Assembly (NCBI RefSeq): GCF_004010195.1
Contig: NC_057719.1
Coordinates: 3,281,483 to 3,301,482 of the forward strand
Source of the DNA: Chiloscyllium plagiosum
Lineage: Eukaryota
DNA length: 20,000 nucleotides
Reading direction: 5' to 3'
Shown: piece by piece, positions 1 to 9,670 of the stretch
Position numbering within the stretch: position 1 is the first letter of the stretch
Layout: each line of letters begins with the position of its first letter
Translations under genes and position numbers: made by a program
Notes under the pieces: generated by a model
The model's database searches: none
Seen by the model: the letters and a program-made list of their open reading frames with translations, nothing else
What the model was told of the DNA's origin: nothing

Positions 1-290
1 GTGGGATTGGAATAGGACGAGGGATTGGGCTACAGGTGAGGCAGCGTTGGGAATCGGGTGGAATAGACCAATAGAACTGGTGACAACATTGGAATAATTG
101 ATCATTGATGGAGTTGGGAATGCAACAAGGATAGGAATAGACTCTATATTTATAAATGAATAAAATGCTGGAGCAGAGGCCAATCAATGAGTTTAAATTG
201 GACAGGTTGCGAATCGAGGCGATGGGGGAGAGAGGTGGGATATGGGTCAGGAGCCAACTGGTGGGATGTGAATAGATCAAGGACTTGGAC

Positions 291-1452
291 AGACAATAGA
301 CAATAGACAAAAGACAATAGATGCAGGAGTAGGCCATTCCGCCCCTCGAGCCAGCACCACCATTCATTATGATCATGGCTGACCATCCTCAGTCAGTATC
401 CTGTTCCTGCCTTATCCCCATAACCCTTGATTCCACTATCCTTAAGAGCTCTATCCAACTCTTTCTTGAAAGTATCCAGAGACCTGGCCTCCAAAGCCTT
501 CTGGGCAGAGCATTCCATACACCCACCACTCTCTGGGTGAAGNNNNNNNNNNNNNNNNNNNNNNNNNNNNNNNNNNNNNNNNNNNNNNNNNNNNNNNNNN
601 NNNNNNNNNNNNNNNNNNNNNNNNNNNNNNNNNNNNNNNNNNNNNNNNNNNNNNNNNNNNNNNNNNNNNNNNNNNNNNNNNNNNNNNNNNNNNNNNNNNN
701 NNNNNNNNNNNNNNNNNNNNNNNNNNNNNNNNNNNNNNNNNNNNNNNNNNNNNNNNNNNNNNNNNNNNNNNNNNNNNNNNNNNNNNNNNNNNNNNNNNNN
801 NNNNNNNNNNNNNNNNNNNNNNNNNNNNATTGATTCCATTTAGGTCGTAATCTGCCTTCCTGTTCTTGCCACCAAAGTGGATAACCATACATTTATCCAC
901 ATTAAACTGCATCTGCCATGCATCTGTCCACTCACCTAACCTGCCCAGGTCACCCTGTAATCTCCTAATATCCTCCTCACATTTCACTCTGCCACCCAGC
1001 TTAGTATCATCAGAAAATTTGCTAATATTACTTTTAATGCCATCATCTATATCATTAATGTATATTGTAAAAAGCTGTGGTCCCAGCACTGATCCCTGCA
1101 CTACCCCGCTGGTCACCGCCTGGCATTCCAAAAGGGAGCCGTTTGTCACTACTCTTTGTTTCCTGTCAGCCAACCAATTTTCAATCCAAGTCAGTACGTT
1201 GCCCCTAATACCATGTGCCCTAATTTTGCTCACGAACCTCCTATGTGGGACTTTATCAAAGACTTTCTGAAAGTCCAGGTACACTACATCCACTGGATCT
1301 CCCTCGTCCATCTTCAGAGTTACATCCTCAAAAATTCCAGAAGATTAGTCAAGCATGATTTCCCCTTCATAAATCCATGCTGACTCTGACCTATCCTGTT
1401 ACTGCTATCCAGATGTGTCGTAATTTCATCCTTTATAATTGACTCCAGCATC
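291..1452 (-). mobile_element. 5'-truncated CR1-clade LINE (RT domain to 3' tail), containing assembly gap 543-828
   Basis: Minus-strand translation gives QHGFMKGKSCLTNLLEF, VDVVYLDFQKVFDKVPH, SGVVQGSVLGPQLFTIYINDI, KFSDDTKL and FTQRVVGVWNALP. The 3' end is a (TCTATTG)n tail, seen as agacaat repeats at 291-331. A frameshift near 1330 separates the 1320-1700 and 451-1311 ORFs. Confidence 0.95.
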
Positions 1453-1454
1453 CA

Positions 1455-1680
1455 GCGCGGGATGTTTTTGGAAAAGATCATGCCAGACAAATGGAACAAA
1501 TACTGGTGGAAACAGACATTAAAATACTTGTGGGATAAACAGAAGGATACAGATGGGACAGACAATGGATTTTGTTGGAGCAGACAAAGGGATAGCTGTG
1601 AAATAAACATTGACACAGAGGGATATGAGCTGAAAGAACAATGTGTATGGGTGATCCAGATAGACTCTGGATGGAGTTTT
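1455..1680 (+). repeat. Highly degenerate CR1-like 3' end remnant
   Basis: Resembles CR1 3' ends elsewhere in the window (tggaac...acattaaaa...ggata...gacacagagggatatgagctgaa). Confidence 0.4.
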
Positions 1681-1854
1681 GTGAGACAAAGATAATGCAA
1701 GCATTAGGTATGTCACAAAAACATAACCAAGAAGGGTGACTAGTCTCATTGGTAGCTCTGCTTTCTCTCCATCAGATGCTTGTGTTTCAGATCTCTAAAA
1801 TCCTCAGTTCTTTGATTTACATTGGATTCGTAATTCTCAATCTCAAACCATGGG

Positions 1855-2080
1855 CCGCAAATAGAAGATGGTCACGAATAACTCCAATAAGAAATTTAGA
1901 CCACGCTTCTTTTCCCGAGAGTGGATTGTGGAACGCACTACTCCGTGGAATAATTGAGGCAAATCAATTGGACACTTCACTGGGCAGTTCGCCTCACACA
2001 CACGGGAGAAAGAGTATGTTCTTCACAGGGTTAGAGGGAGTCAGTGGGAGGGTGTTTGTGAGGAGCCAACACAGTAGGCA
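1855..2080 (+). repeat. Degenerate CR1-like 3' end remnant
   Basis: ttcttttcccgagagtggattgtggaacgcacta corresponds to the FFxQRVVxxWNxLP-coding segment of CR1 ORF2. Confidence 0.55.
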
Positions 2081-2257
2081 CTGTTGTGAAGAAGTGTTTG
2101 TTATTGAGCTGGAAATACACCATTACTCATGTAAGGACACGGAGCTGTTACTTTCCCTCGTGTCTCTGTTTAAACACCATTAGTTTTATTGGAGGATGGG
2201 GCTCATTAATGAATGTAAATTGCACTTCCTGATGTTTCTGCGAACTCTTTTCACCTT

Positions 2258-2445
2258 AAGCCGCCAGTCTCAGAGGACTATAGCACTGCTCTTTCATTAG
2301 ACAGATGCGACTGGTGGTGGTTTACCTGAGGGTCACCACGCCTTGGGCAAGGGGAGAGGTTGAGAAGGAGAATCCTCACAGTAATCTCAGCCGGTGTGGG
2401 AACCGAACCCTACTGTTGGCATTGCAGCTCTCCAGCCAACTGAGC
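2258..2445 (-). mobile_element. tRNA-derived SINE (same family as 15275-15368)
   Basis: Minus strand reads gctcagttggctgga (A-box-like) ... gccaacag ... ggttcggttccc (B-box-like) ... ggctgag, collinear with the + strand copy at 15275. Confidence 0.7.
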
Positions 2446-3447
2446 ATTTCCTCTCATCATAAAGTCCTCAGAGTGGGATGGCCAGCCCATGCCATGGGGA
2501 TGATGAGAGCTGTCGTTGGTAAACAGGGAGAAACTATTCTCGGTGGAGTCAGGAGGTGTAGTTCTTCTCTGAGCCCAACATGAGCAGTCCTCTGCCACCC
2601 AGCTTCCCAAAGCCCTCAATGGCTCCTTAAAACACAACCCAGTTACCTCTCTAACCCCTGGTCATATCTTGCTGCTCTATCCTGAAGGGTAGAGGCCAAG
2701 ACTGAGCTGGGGCCTGCCCTTGCTCATGTGATGGTGACTGCAGAAGCTATCATAGGTTGTTCCTCCAAAATGGAACACTTGCCTAAGATTGACATCCACT
2801 GAAAAAAGGCTAAAGGTCAAAGATGATGAGCAATGGTTGAAAGAGTGAGGCGCTGGAGGAGGTGGTATCCAAAGAATTGGAAAATGGAAATAATGGCGGA
2901 TGGGAAAGTGCAGGGAGAATTCTCCCAACCTTTTCCCACCTTTGTCTGACTCCACATTGGTTTTGAATTATGGGAATTACAGAAGGATGGCAGAAAGGGT
3001 GAGGAGGGAAAGGTCATTCTTTAAAGAAGAAATTGATATTTGAGATAATCTTGCTGCCATTTGACCCGAGACTTGAAACTGTGGGATGAAGAATCAAGCA
3101 GAAACCTTTTATCATCCATCAGGGTTGCCCATTGTGTTTCAATGTGTTCCTGGAGATTTTATACCATAGTCTCTCACCCCTAACTGCCCCACCCAATCAA
3201 ACAGTCTCTCTTTTCCTACTATTTCCTCAATGTTGTTTGGATTGGCAGTTAGGTAGTACAGTACAAAACTTGAGTGCTGCCCATCGAATTCAAACAAAAC
3301 TTAGCAGTTAATTGTCAGTCATCGGTAGCCAGTGCATTCTCCATGTCAATGCCTTCATAATCAGAGTCTTCCCAACTATTCAGCTCTATCCTTTTGAGCA
3401 ATGCAGAAATTGTTCTCCCTTTACATTGGCACTTCTTGTGAATTGTC

Positions 3448-4288
3448 TGTGATGGACTAGACCAGACCCCCTCAAAATATTTCTAGAAATTAGCCCAGAC
3501 TCTAAATTTGCTAACTGTTTTCAGCAGGTGGAAAGGGGATATTCCAGGAAAGATGCAGCTGGTCAAACCAATTAGATTTAAATAAAACAGATTTTATTTA
3601 CAAGATGACCAAATGAAACACAAACAAAAACGAATACAACACAAAATAACTGAACCTCTCCGAAAACCCAGATTACTTTAAGTACATTTAAGTCGCCATT
3701 GGACAGGCATATGGACGTACATGGAATAGTGTAGGCTGGATGGGCTTCAGATTGGTATGACAGGTCGGCGCAACATTGAGGGCCGAAGGGCCTGTACTAC
3801 GCTGTAATGGCCTATGTTCTATGTTCTATCTCAAATTAATGATGCTGTTCATTTAAGTCGCCATTGGACAAGCATATGGACGTACATGGAATAGTGTAGG
3901 TTAGATGGGCTTCAGATTGGTATGACAAGTCGGCGCAACATCGAGGGCCGAAGGGCCTGTACTACGCTGTAATGGTCTATGTTCTATGTTCTATCTCGAA
4001 TTAATGATGCTGTTCCAAATTCCTGCAACAATCCCTGTGAACACCCCTTGGCACACAAGGTGAAATCAAACACAGGGTCTTACAGGAGGAAGAGAGAGAG
4101 ATGGTAGAGAGAATCAGCCTGGAAATACCTTCTTCCTTGGAGCTGTTTCTTGGTCCAGCAGCCTCCCACCGCCTGACTGCTTTCAGTGAACAGCCAGACA
4201 GCCAGAGACCAAACCAAACCAACCCAGAGATAAGCTGAGTTGGGAGAACTGGCCATGCCCCTTTCATATAAAATCAAATGTTTCAACA
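3448..4288 (-). mobile_element. Putative solo-LTR-like element
   Basis: Begins TG at 3448 with a possible CA end at 4288. On the minus strand a TATA-like TATATGAAAGGGG (~4270) precedes AATAAA (3598-3593). No TSD was found and the right boundary is uncertain. Confidence 0.4.
3685..4015 (+). repeat. 165-bp tandem duplication of a CR1/HER1 3' end plus about 20 bp of flank
   Basis: Units start catttaagtcgccattggac at 3685 and 3850. Each has gggccgaagggcctgt and a ctatgttctatgttctat tail, then ctcRaattaatgatgctgtt. Seven substitutions counted between units. Confidence 0.95.
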
Positions 4289-4612
4289 AAACTTTTCACT
4301 AATTCTTTAGAATCGTCAAAAATACAGAGGGCAGTGTAAATATGACAAGCAAAGTTAAAAGACATTACAATTTTTGTCATTTTTCTGTCAAATTATTTGC
4401 TTGCACCAATGACCTGGAGATTAATTTCAAATTCCAGATCTTTCCATGGCAATCCTAATAGGATGGGAATTGAAAGCCATGACTGATGGGATCCAGACTC
4501 ACAGTCAAGTGTAGTGCGAATTATAAATTTGTCTGAGGATCAGGAGGAGTAGCAGTTAAAATGGGTCGAATAGATTTAGGTCTTCATTGTCCTGTACCTG
4601 GAACTAGTGTAA

Positions 4613-4697
4613 ATGTTGCCAACTCCAGGAAACCTCCAGTACCCCCAGCAGTGTGTCAGAATTGAAGATCAGTTTCCAATACACTGCCCTAAGCAAA
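4613..4697 (+). repeat. Degenerate terminus of the same hAT-like MITE family
   Basis: gttgccaactccagga...gaattgaagatcagtttcca...aagcaaat aligns with the reverse complement of 4395-4457. Confidence 0.45.
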
Positions 4698-4699
4698 TA

Positions 4700-4870
4700 T
4701 AACATCATAAAGACCAGGAGCATGAGGCCATTCAGCCACTTGAGACTACCCCACTCCAACATGACTGATAGATGCAGAGGGATCTTTATCAAATGGGTCA
4801 ATGGACTGAAACAAGGCAGATGGAGTTCAATCTGAATAAATGTGAGGCATTTCAATTTGCTAAAACAAAC
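4700..4870. repeat. Two small CR1 fragments (3' UTR on minus ~4700-4768; RT on plus ~4771-4870)
   Basis: aggccattcagcc 3'-UTR motif, followed by + strand translation MQRDLYQMGQWTETRQMEFNLNKCE, matching CR1 LQxDLxxLxxWxxxWQMxFNxxKC. Confidence 0.7.
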
Positions 4871-4898
4871 AAATCAAGATAGATGAATCCCCAGGGAG

Positions 4899-6154
4899 GG
4901 ACCATCTTGAACATTCCCTCCCCTTCCTGGACTTCTCCATCTCCATCTCTGGCGACCGACTAACTACTATGAACCTACCGACTCCCACATCTACTTGGAC
5001 TACCCCTCCTCCCACCCTGCCCCGCCAAAAAACACCATCCCTTATTCCCAATTTCTCCGCCTCTGCTGCATGTGTTCCCAGGATGACCAATTCCACCATA
5101 GAAAATCTCGGATGGCCTCCTTCCTCAAAGATCACAATTTCCCCTCTCACGTGGTCGACGATGCCCTCTAGTGCATGTCCGCCACTTCCTGCACTTCTGC
5201 TCTTGAACCCCGCCCCTCCAATCGCAACAAGGACAGAACCCCCTGGTCCTCACCTTTCACCCCACCAACCTCCGCATGCGTTGCATCATCCTCCACCATT
5301 TCCACTACCTACAAGCAGACCCCACCACTAGAGATATATTTCCCTCCCCACCCCTATCAGCATTCCATAGAGACTATCCTCTCCACGACTCTCTTGTCAG
5401 ATCCACGCATCCCCTCCCCCTACCCCTAGCCCACACCCACTCCCGGCACCTTTCCCTACCACTGCAGAAATTGCAAAACCTGTGCCCATACCTCCCCCCT
5501 CACCTCTGTCCCAGGCCGCAAAGGAGCCTTCCACATCCAACAGAAATTTACTTGTACTGCTCCCAATCTCATCTACTGCATCCGTTACAACCAGTGTGGT
5601 CTCCTTTACATCGGGGAGACAGGACACCTTCTTGTGGATCATTTCAGAGAACATCTCTGTGACACCAGACCCACCAAACCCACCACTGAACACTTCAACT
5701 CCCCTGCCCACTTCACCAAAATTATGCAGACCATGGGCCTCCTCCATCACCAAACCCTAACCACCTGACACCTGGAGGAAGAATGCCTCATATTCCGCCT
5801 TGGGAACCCTCCAACCATGCGGGATAAATGTGGATTTCACTAGTTTTCTCATTTCCCCTCCCCACACCTTATCCCAGTCCCAAGCCTCAAACCCGGCACC
5901 ACCCTCCTGACCCATTGTCTTTCCCATCTAACTGCTCCACCCTCCTCTCCGACCTATCACCTTCTCCCTCACCTCCATCTACCCTGTCACATTCCCAGCT
6001 ACCTTTCCCCCAACCCCCCCCCCCATTTATCTCTCAGCCTCCCGGCCCACAAACCTCATTCCTGATGAAGGGCTGATGCCTGAAACGATGACTCTCCTGC
6101 TCCTTGGATGCTGCCTGACCTGTTGTGCTTTTCCAGCACCACACTCTCGACTCT
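4899..6154 (+). mobile_element. 5'-truncated Penelope-like element (RT C-terminus, Cys-rich linker, GIY-YIG endonuclease, terminal repeat); pseudogenised
   Basis: Translates to LPFLDFSISISGDRLTT, PTDSHIYLDYPSSHP, IPYSQFLRL, GTFPYHCRNCKTCAH and NLIYCIRYNQCGLLYIGETG...FREHL (LIY 5568-5576, YIG 5607-5615). Has an in-frame TAG at 5169 and frameshifts. The 3' terminal repeat is shared with 8637-8726 and 13675-13778. Confidence 0.93.
6062..6090 (+). ncRNA. Degenerate minimal hammerhead-ribozyme-like motif in the PLE terminal repeat
   Basis: CUGAUGA-A-GGGC(UGAU)GCCU-GAAA-CGAU; the core is retained but the GUH cleavage triplet is lost. Confidence 0.6.
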
Positions 6155-6222
6155 ACCCTCTGAGAGGGCAATTCGGGATGGCCAACAAATCCCAGGGACG
6201 CCCATGCCTGAATGAATAACAA
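6155..6222 (+). repeat. 3' tail fragment of the LINE family at 11958-12740
   Basis: agggcaattcgggatggccaacaaat...gaatgaataa resembles gcaactagggacgggcaataaatgctgg...aatgaataaa at 12670-12735. Confidence 0.6.
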
Positions 6223-7217
6223 ACAGGATGGAAAACCTAGTGCAGCCCTGTTCAAGTATTCCTCAGGAACTTCAGCTTTGTCAGGAACAGACAAATTGTC
6301 AACAACAAAAAAGCCCAAGAGTCAACCGACGATAAATCACCAGGATTAGTTTTGGTTGAGGATTAATGGGTTGGATTAACAAGTAGTGTGAACGCTGCAG
6401 GGCATCAATCCAAAGCCTTGCACACATTTCCTTGACGGAGCCTCATCAAACACACAGTAAATCTGTGTTTTTACTGAGTTTGTTTTTTGCTGGGGTTGAA
6501 AAGTGATAGAAATGTGCTGTTGGGTTCAGCTAAGAGCTGCAACTAGTCTGAGAGAGTTCTAACATGGCCCCATTTGTTTCAGCAAGTTGATGGTGTGCGT
6601 GCATTCATGAAATTGTGAGGAAATGAAAGGAGATTGATCAGCCCCTCATGCCCCGGCCGGTCGCCCAATGAGTGTTTTGATTCAGTGCCATTTTCCCACC
6701 TTTCCCCCTCCCCCCTCCCCCCCCCCCAACACCCTTGCTTTTATTTAAATAATCACCCAATCTCCTCTTGATTGCTTTAGCTAACTCTGCCTCTGCCAGC
6801 TTCCAGGCAGTGCATTCCTGACTGAAATATTTGGATGAAACCATGTTTTTCCTCACATTGCATTTCTTTATTGAAGTCTGTTTAACTCTGCGCCCTCTCA
6901 TTCCTGATCCTTTGACAAGCCGGAACAGTGTCTCCCAGATTTACCCTCTGCAGGGAGTACCTCTCCTATCTATCCACGAAACTGAAGTTTCTCATTCCTG
7001 AAACCATTTTGAAAATTGTTTCTGCGCTCTCTCCACTGAGTTTACATGCTCCCTATAGTGTGGTGCCTAGAACTGTACAGAACACTCCAGTCAAAGTCTA
7101 ACAAGTGTCCCATACAAATTCAGCGTCACCTCTTTGTTCGTAATAATGAAGGCCAGGCTACTGTATGCTTATCATCTGCTGTTTCTGCCTGCCATACCTC
7201 CTCAAGGATTGATACAC

Positions 7218-7353
7218 ATAAATTCTTTTGTTATAAATTCTGTGTCTTATGATCCTGCTTCACTACCACTTGATGAAGGAGTGGCGCTCCGAAGTCTAGT
7301 GCTTCCACATAAACCTGTTGGACTATAACCTGGTGTTCTGTGATGTTTAACTT
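7218..7353 (+). mobile_element. Penelope-type terminal repeat fragment of a second family, with decayed hammerhead-like core
   Basis: ttgatgaaggagtggcgctccgaagtct (7270-7297) reads UUGAUGA-A-GGAGU(GGC)GCUCC-GAAG. The downstream sequence (taaacctgttggactataacctggtgtt) differs from the other family. Confidence 0.6.
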
Positions 7354-7763
7354 CATGCAAATAAAGACCGAGATCACTCTGCTCCTGTACCATCTTAATT
7401 ATTGCACGCTGCATTTTCTATTTCTCTGTCCATATTGCTCTATCCAAAATTGCTCCACACTGAAGTTTACCTGCCATGTGTCTGCCCACTCCATCAACTT
7501 GTCAATGTAGGTTTGGAAGTCTACACTACCCTCCTCATGAATCACAGTGCTTCCAAGTTCTATCGCGGTGAACTTTGAAATTGTCTTCTGCATCCTAAGA
7601 TCAAAATCATTCAGGTATGTCAGAAAAGGCAGGCCTTAGGGAACTTCCCCACAAACCTTCCTCCAACCTGAAAAATACCCACTGGCTATTGATTGCCCTG
7701 TTTCTTACTGTTCAGCTCATTTTGTATTCATGCTGCTCCTGGCCATTTCATTAACCTTTCATT

Positions 7764-8108
7764 TTAGAATCCCTACAGTGTGGAAACAGGCCCTTCAGCC
7801 CAACTAGTCCACACCGACCCTCCGAAGAGTAACCCACCCAAACCCATTCCCCTACCCTATATTTACCCCTGACTAATGCACCTAACCTGCACATCCCTGA
7901 ACACTACGGGCAATTTAGCATGGCCAATTCACCCCAACCTGTACACTTTCGGATTGTGGGAGGAAACCGGAGCACCCGGAGGAAACCCACACAGACACGG
8001 GGAGAACATGCAAACTCCACACAGACAGTAGCCCGAGGCTGGATTCGAACTTGGGTCCCTGGCGCTGTGAGGTAGCGCAGTGCTAACCACTGAGCCACTG
8101 TGCCGCCC
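7764..8108 (-). mobile_element. HE1-like V-SINE (tRNA-derived head, V domain, CR1/HER1-derived tail)
   Basis: Minus strand: gggcggcacagtggctcagtggttagc (A box), gttcgaatcc (B box), gtgtggagtttgcatgttctccccgtgtctg...ggtttcctcccaca (V domain), gggctgaagggcctgtttcc tail. Confidence 0.93.
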
Positions 8109-8603
8109 TAAAGGCTGACAAGTCTCACAAGTCTGTGCGTAACTCTGTAGCAAAAGCCTTTTGAAAGTCTGTGTAAGCTCCATCAACAATGTCACTCTTA
8201 TCAGGCATACCTGCTACCTCTTCAAAAAAACTTCAAAGCACTTTCATGTTAGAAAATAATTACTTCAGATTCTCCACTGACCCTGCCTCCCTCCTCCTCA
8301 CTCCACTCTACTCCAAGTGTTGAAGACATACTGTTGTAATGTTGGAAGTACTGATTGTTTTCAATTAGACATTAATCAACACTCTTGGTCAATATTTATC
8401 ACTCAGTCGATATGATTAAAACTGGGTTATCCCCCCAGTCATCATCGCATTGTTGTTGGTAAGAGATTCCTGGAAGAAAATTGTCTCAAATCTTAAATGT
8501 TTGCCAAATAAACATGTCATTGCCTGCTAAGCTCTTCAAGATCTGAAAATGTGTTGCTGGAAAAGCGCAGCAGGTCAGGCAGCATCCAAGGAGCAGGAGA
8601 ATC

Positions 8604-8631
8604 AACGTTTCGGGCATGAGCCCTTCTTCAG
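8604..8631 (-). ncRNA. Minimal hammerhead-ribozyme-like motif (left arm)
   Basis: CUGAAGA-A-GGGC(UCAU)GCCC-GAAA-C-GUU; palindromic ACGU stem III and a GUU triplet. Confidence 0.65.
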
Positions 8632-8637
8632 GAAGCC

Positions 8638-8665
8638 CTGAAGAAGGGCTCATGCCCGAAACATC
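8638..8665 (+). ncRNA. Minimal hammerhead-ribozyme-like motif (right arm)
   Basis: CUGAAGA-A-GGGC(UCAU)GCCC-GAAA-C-AUC; the stem III CpG has mutated to CpA. Confidence 0.6.
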
Positions 8666-8821
8666 GATTCTCCTGCTCCTTGGATGCTGCCTGACCTGCT
8701 GCGCTTTTCCAGCGACACATTTTCAGCTGTGATCTCCAGCATCTGCAGTCCTCACTTTCTCCTAGAAGCTCTTCAAGATGTCATGGGAAGGTCTAATAGA
8801 AATTCAAGTTTTCTCATTAAA

Positions 8822-9670
8822 ACCATAAGAAATAGGAACAGGAGTAGGCCTTTCACACACTTCAGCTTCTCTGCCATTCAATGGCATCATGGTGGGTCCA
8901 ACATTCCTCATGTCCATTTTCCTGCCCTTTCCCCTGTTATCCTTGATTCCCAGACTGATCGAGAATCTCTGTATCTCAGCCTTAAATATACACAAGGACT
9001 CTGCCCCCGCCCCCAACTCTCTGTGGCAAGAAGTTCCAAATAACCACAACCCTTTGAGAGAAGAAATTCCTCCTCATTTCAGTCTTAAATTGATGCCCCT
9101 TTATTCTGAGAGTGTGCCCTCTGGTCCTATACTCTCCCATGAGGGGGAACATCCCTCTCAGCATTTACTCTGCCATGCCCCTTAAGAATCCTACATGTTC
9201 AATGAGATTACCTCTCATTTTTCTAGCTTCAGTGAGTAAAGTCCCAATCTGTTTAACCTTGGCCCATAAGACAATCCCTCCATCCCAGTGATCATCCTCC
9301 GAAACCTTTTCTGAACTGCCCCCAATGAAATATTTCCTTAAATAAGGAAACCTTCCACTGCTGCAGATGTGGTCTCCACAGCCCCTTGTCCAGCTGCAGT
9401 AAGATTTCTCTAGTCTTAGATTCCAACCCTCTTGAAATAAAGGCCAAAGTTCCATTCACCTTTCTGATTCCCTGCTGTACTTGTGTGGTAGCTTTCTGTG
9501 TTTCATGTGCACCACCCTGCCACCCCCAAGTCCCTTTGTGTTCCAGCTTTCTGCAGATTTTCTCCTTTTAAATAATATTCTGTTATTTTGATCTCCTTTC
9601 CAACATGACCAACTTTACATTTTTCCATGTTGTATTTAATTTGCAAAATTTTTGCCCACTTACTCAACCT
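8822..9670 (-). mobile_element. Older CR1 LINE, 3' part (continues at ~11405-11800)
   Basis: MFPLMGEYRTRGHTLRIKGHQFKTEMRRNFFSQRVVVIWNFLP; the 3' end is seen as cataagaaataggaacaggagtaggcc on the + strand; multiple frameshifts. Confidence 0.9.

Larger units (their letters stand above)
3120..4457. mobile_element. Non-autonomous DNA transposon (hAT-like MITE) interrupted by an LTR-like insert
   Basis: Inverted termini cagggttgcc (3120) and ggcaatccta (to 4457). The right subterminal sequence, reverse-complemented, resembles a second end at 4613-4697. No clean 8-bp TSD is visible. Confidence 0.5.
6630..8235 (-). mobile_element. Old CR1-clade LINE interrupted by a PLE fragment and a SINE
   Basis: Minus-strand remnants KYFSQECTAWKLAE (ORF2 end), DFQTYIDKLMEWADTWQVNF (7399-7593 ORF), a DFQK-like segment near 8165 and FFEEV near 8220. 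Confidence 0.75.
8543..8765. mobile_element. 223-bp palindromic PLE-derived element with 14-bp TSD
   Basis: Arms 8543-8632 and 8637-8726 are 90-bp inverted repeats (3 mismatches, no indels) around the spacer AAGC, followed by a 39-bp tail. The direct repeat aagctcttcaagat flanks it at 8529-8542 and 8766-8779. Confidence 0.93.
8385..8815 (+). repeat. Ancient Deu-domain SINE remnant (SacSINE1/AmnSINE1-like), split by the palindromic element
   Basis: ggtcaatatttatcactca...gtcatcatcgcattgttgtt...aaattg resembles the Deu domain as recalled. After the insert, gaaggtctaatagaaattcaagtttttc resembles the family's 3' end. Confidence 0.5.

Noticed and set aside
1..290. Purine-rich sequence with recurring ggaatag/tggga words
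   Set aside because: No stable period could be defined; at most a decayed minisatellite.
543..828. Long X-containing ORFs spanning this gap and the one at 9839-10383
   Set aside because: These are assembly gaps inside high-copy CR1 elements; ORF lengths are artefacts of N translation.
3685..4015. Direct repeats as a CRISPR-like array
   Set aside because: Two contiguous 165-bp LINE-derived units with no spacers, in eukaryotic DNA.
4969..6076. Pro-rich ORFs on the + strand and Gly-rich ORFs on the - strand
   Set aside because: Alternative frames of the C-rich Penelope element; the real frame is a different, interrupted one.
7904..8195. ORFs such as MAQWLAL...CVEFACSPRVCVGFLRVLRFPP (also 14679-14955, 15364-15776)
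   Set aside because: Translations of V-SINE sequence, not genes; the heads are tRNA-derived but are not intact tRNA genes.
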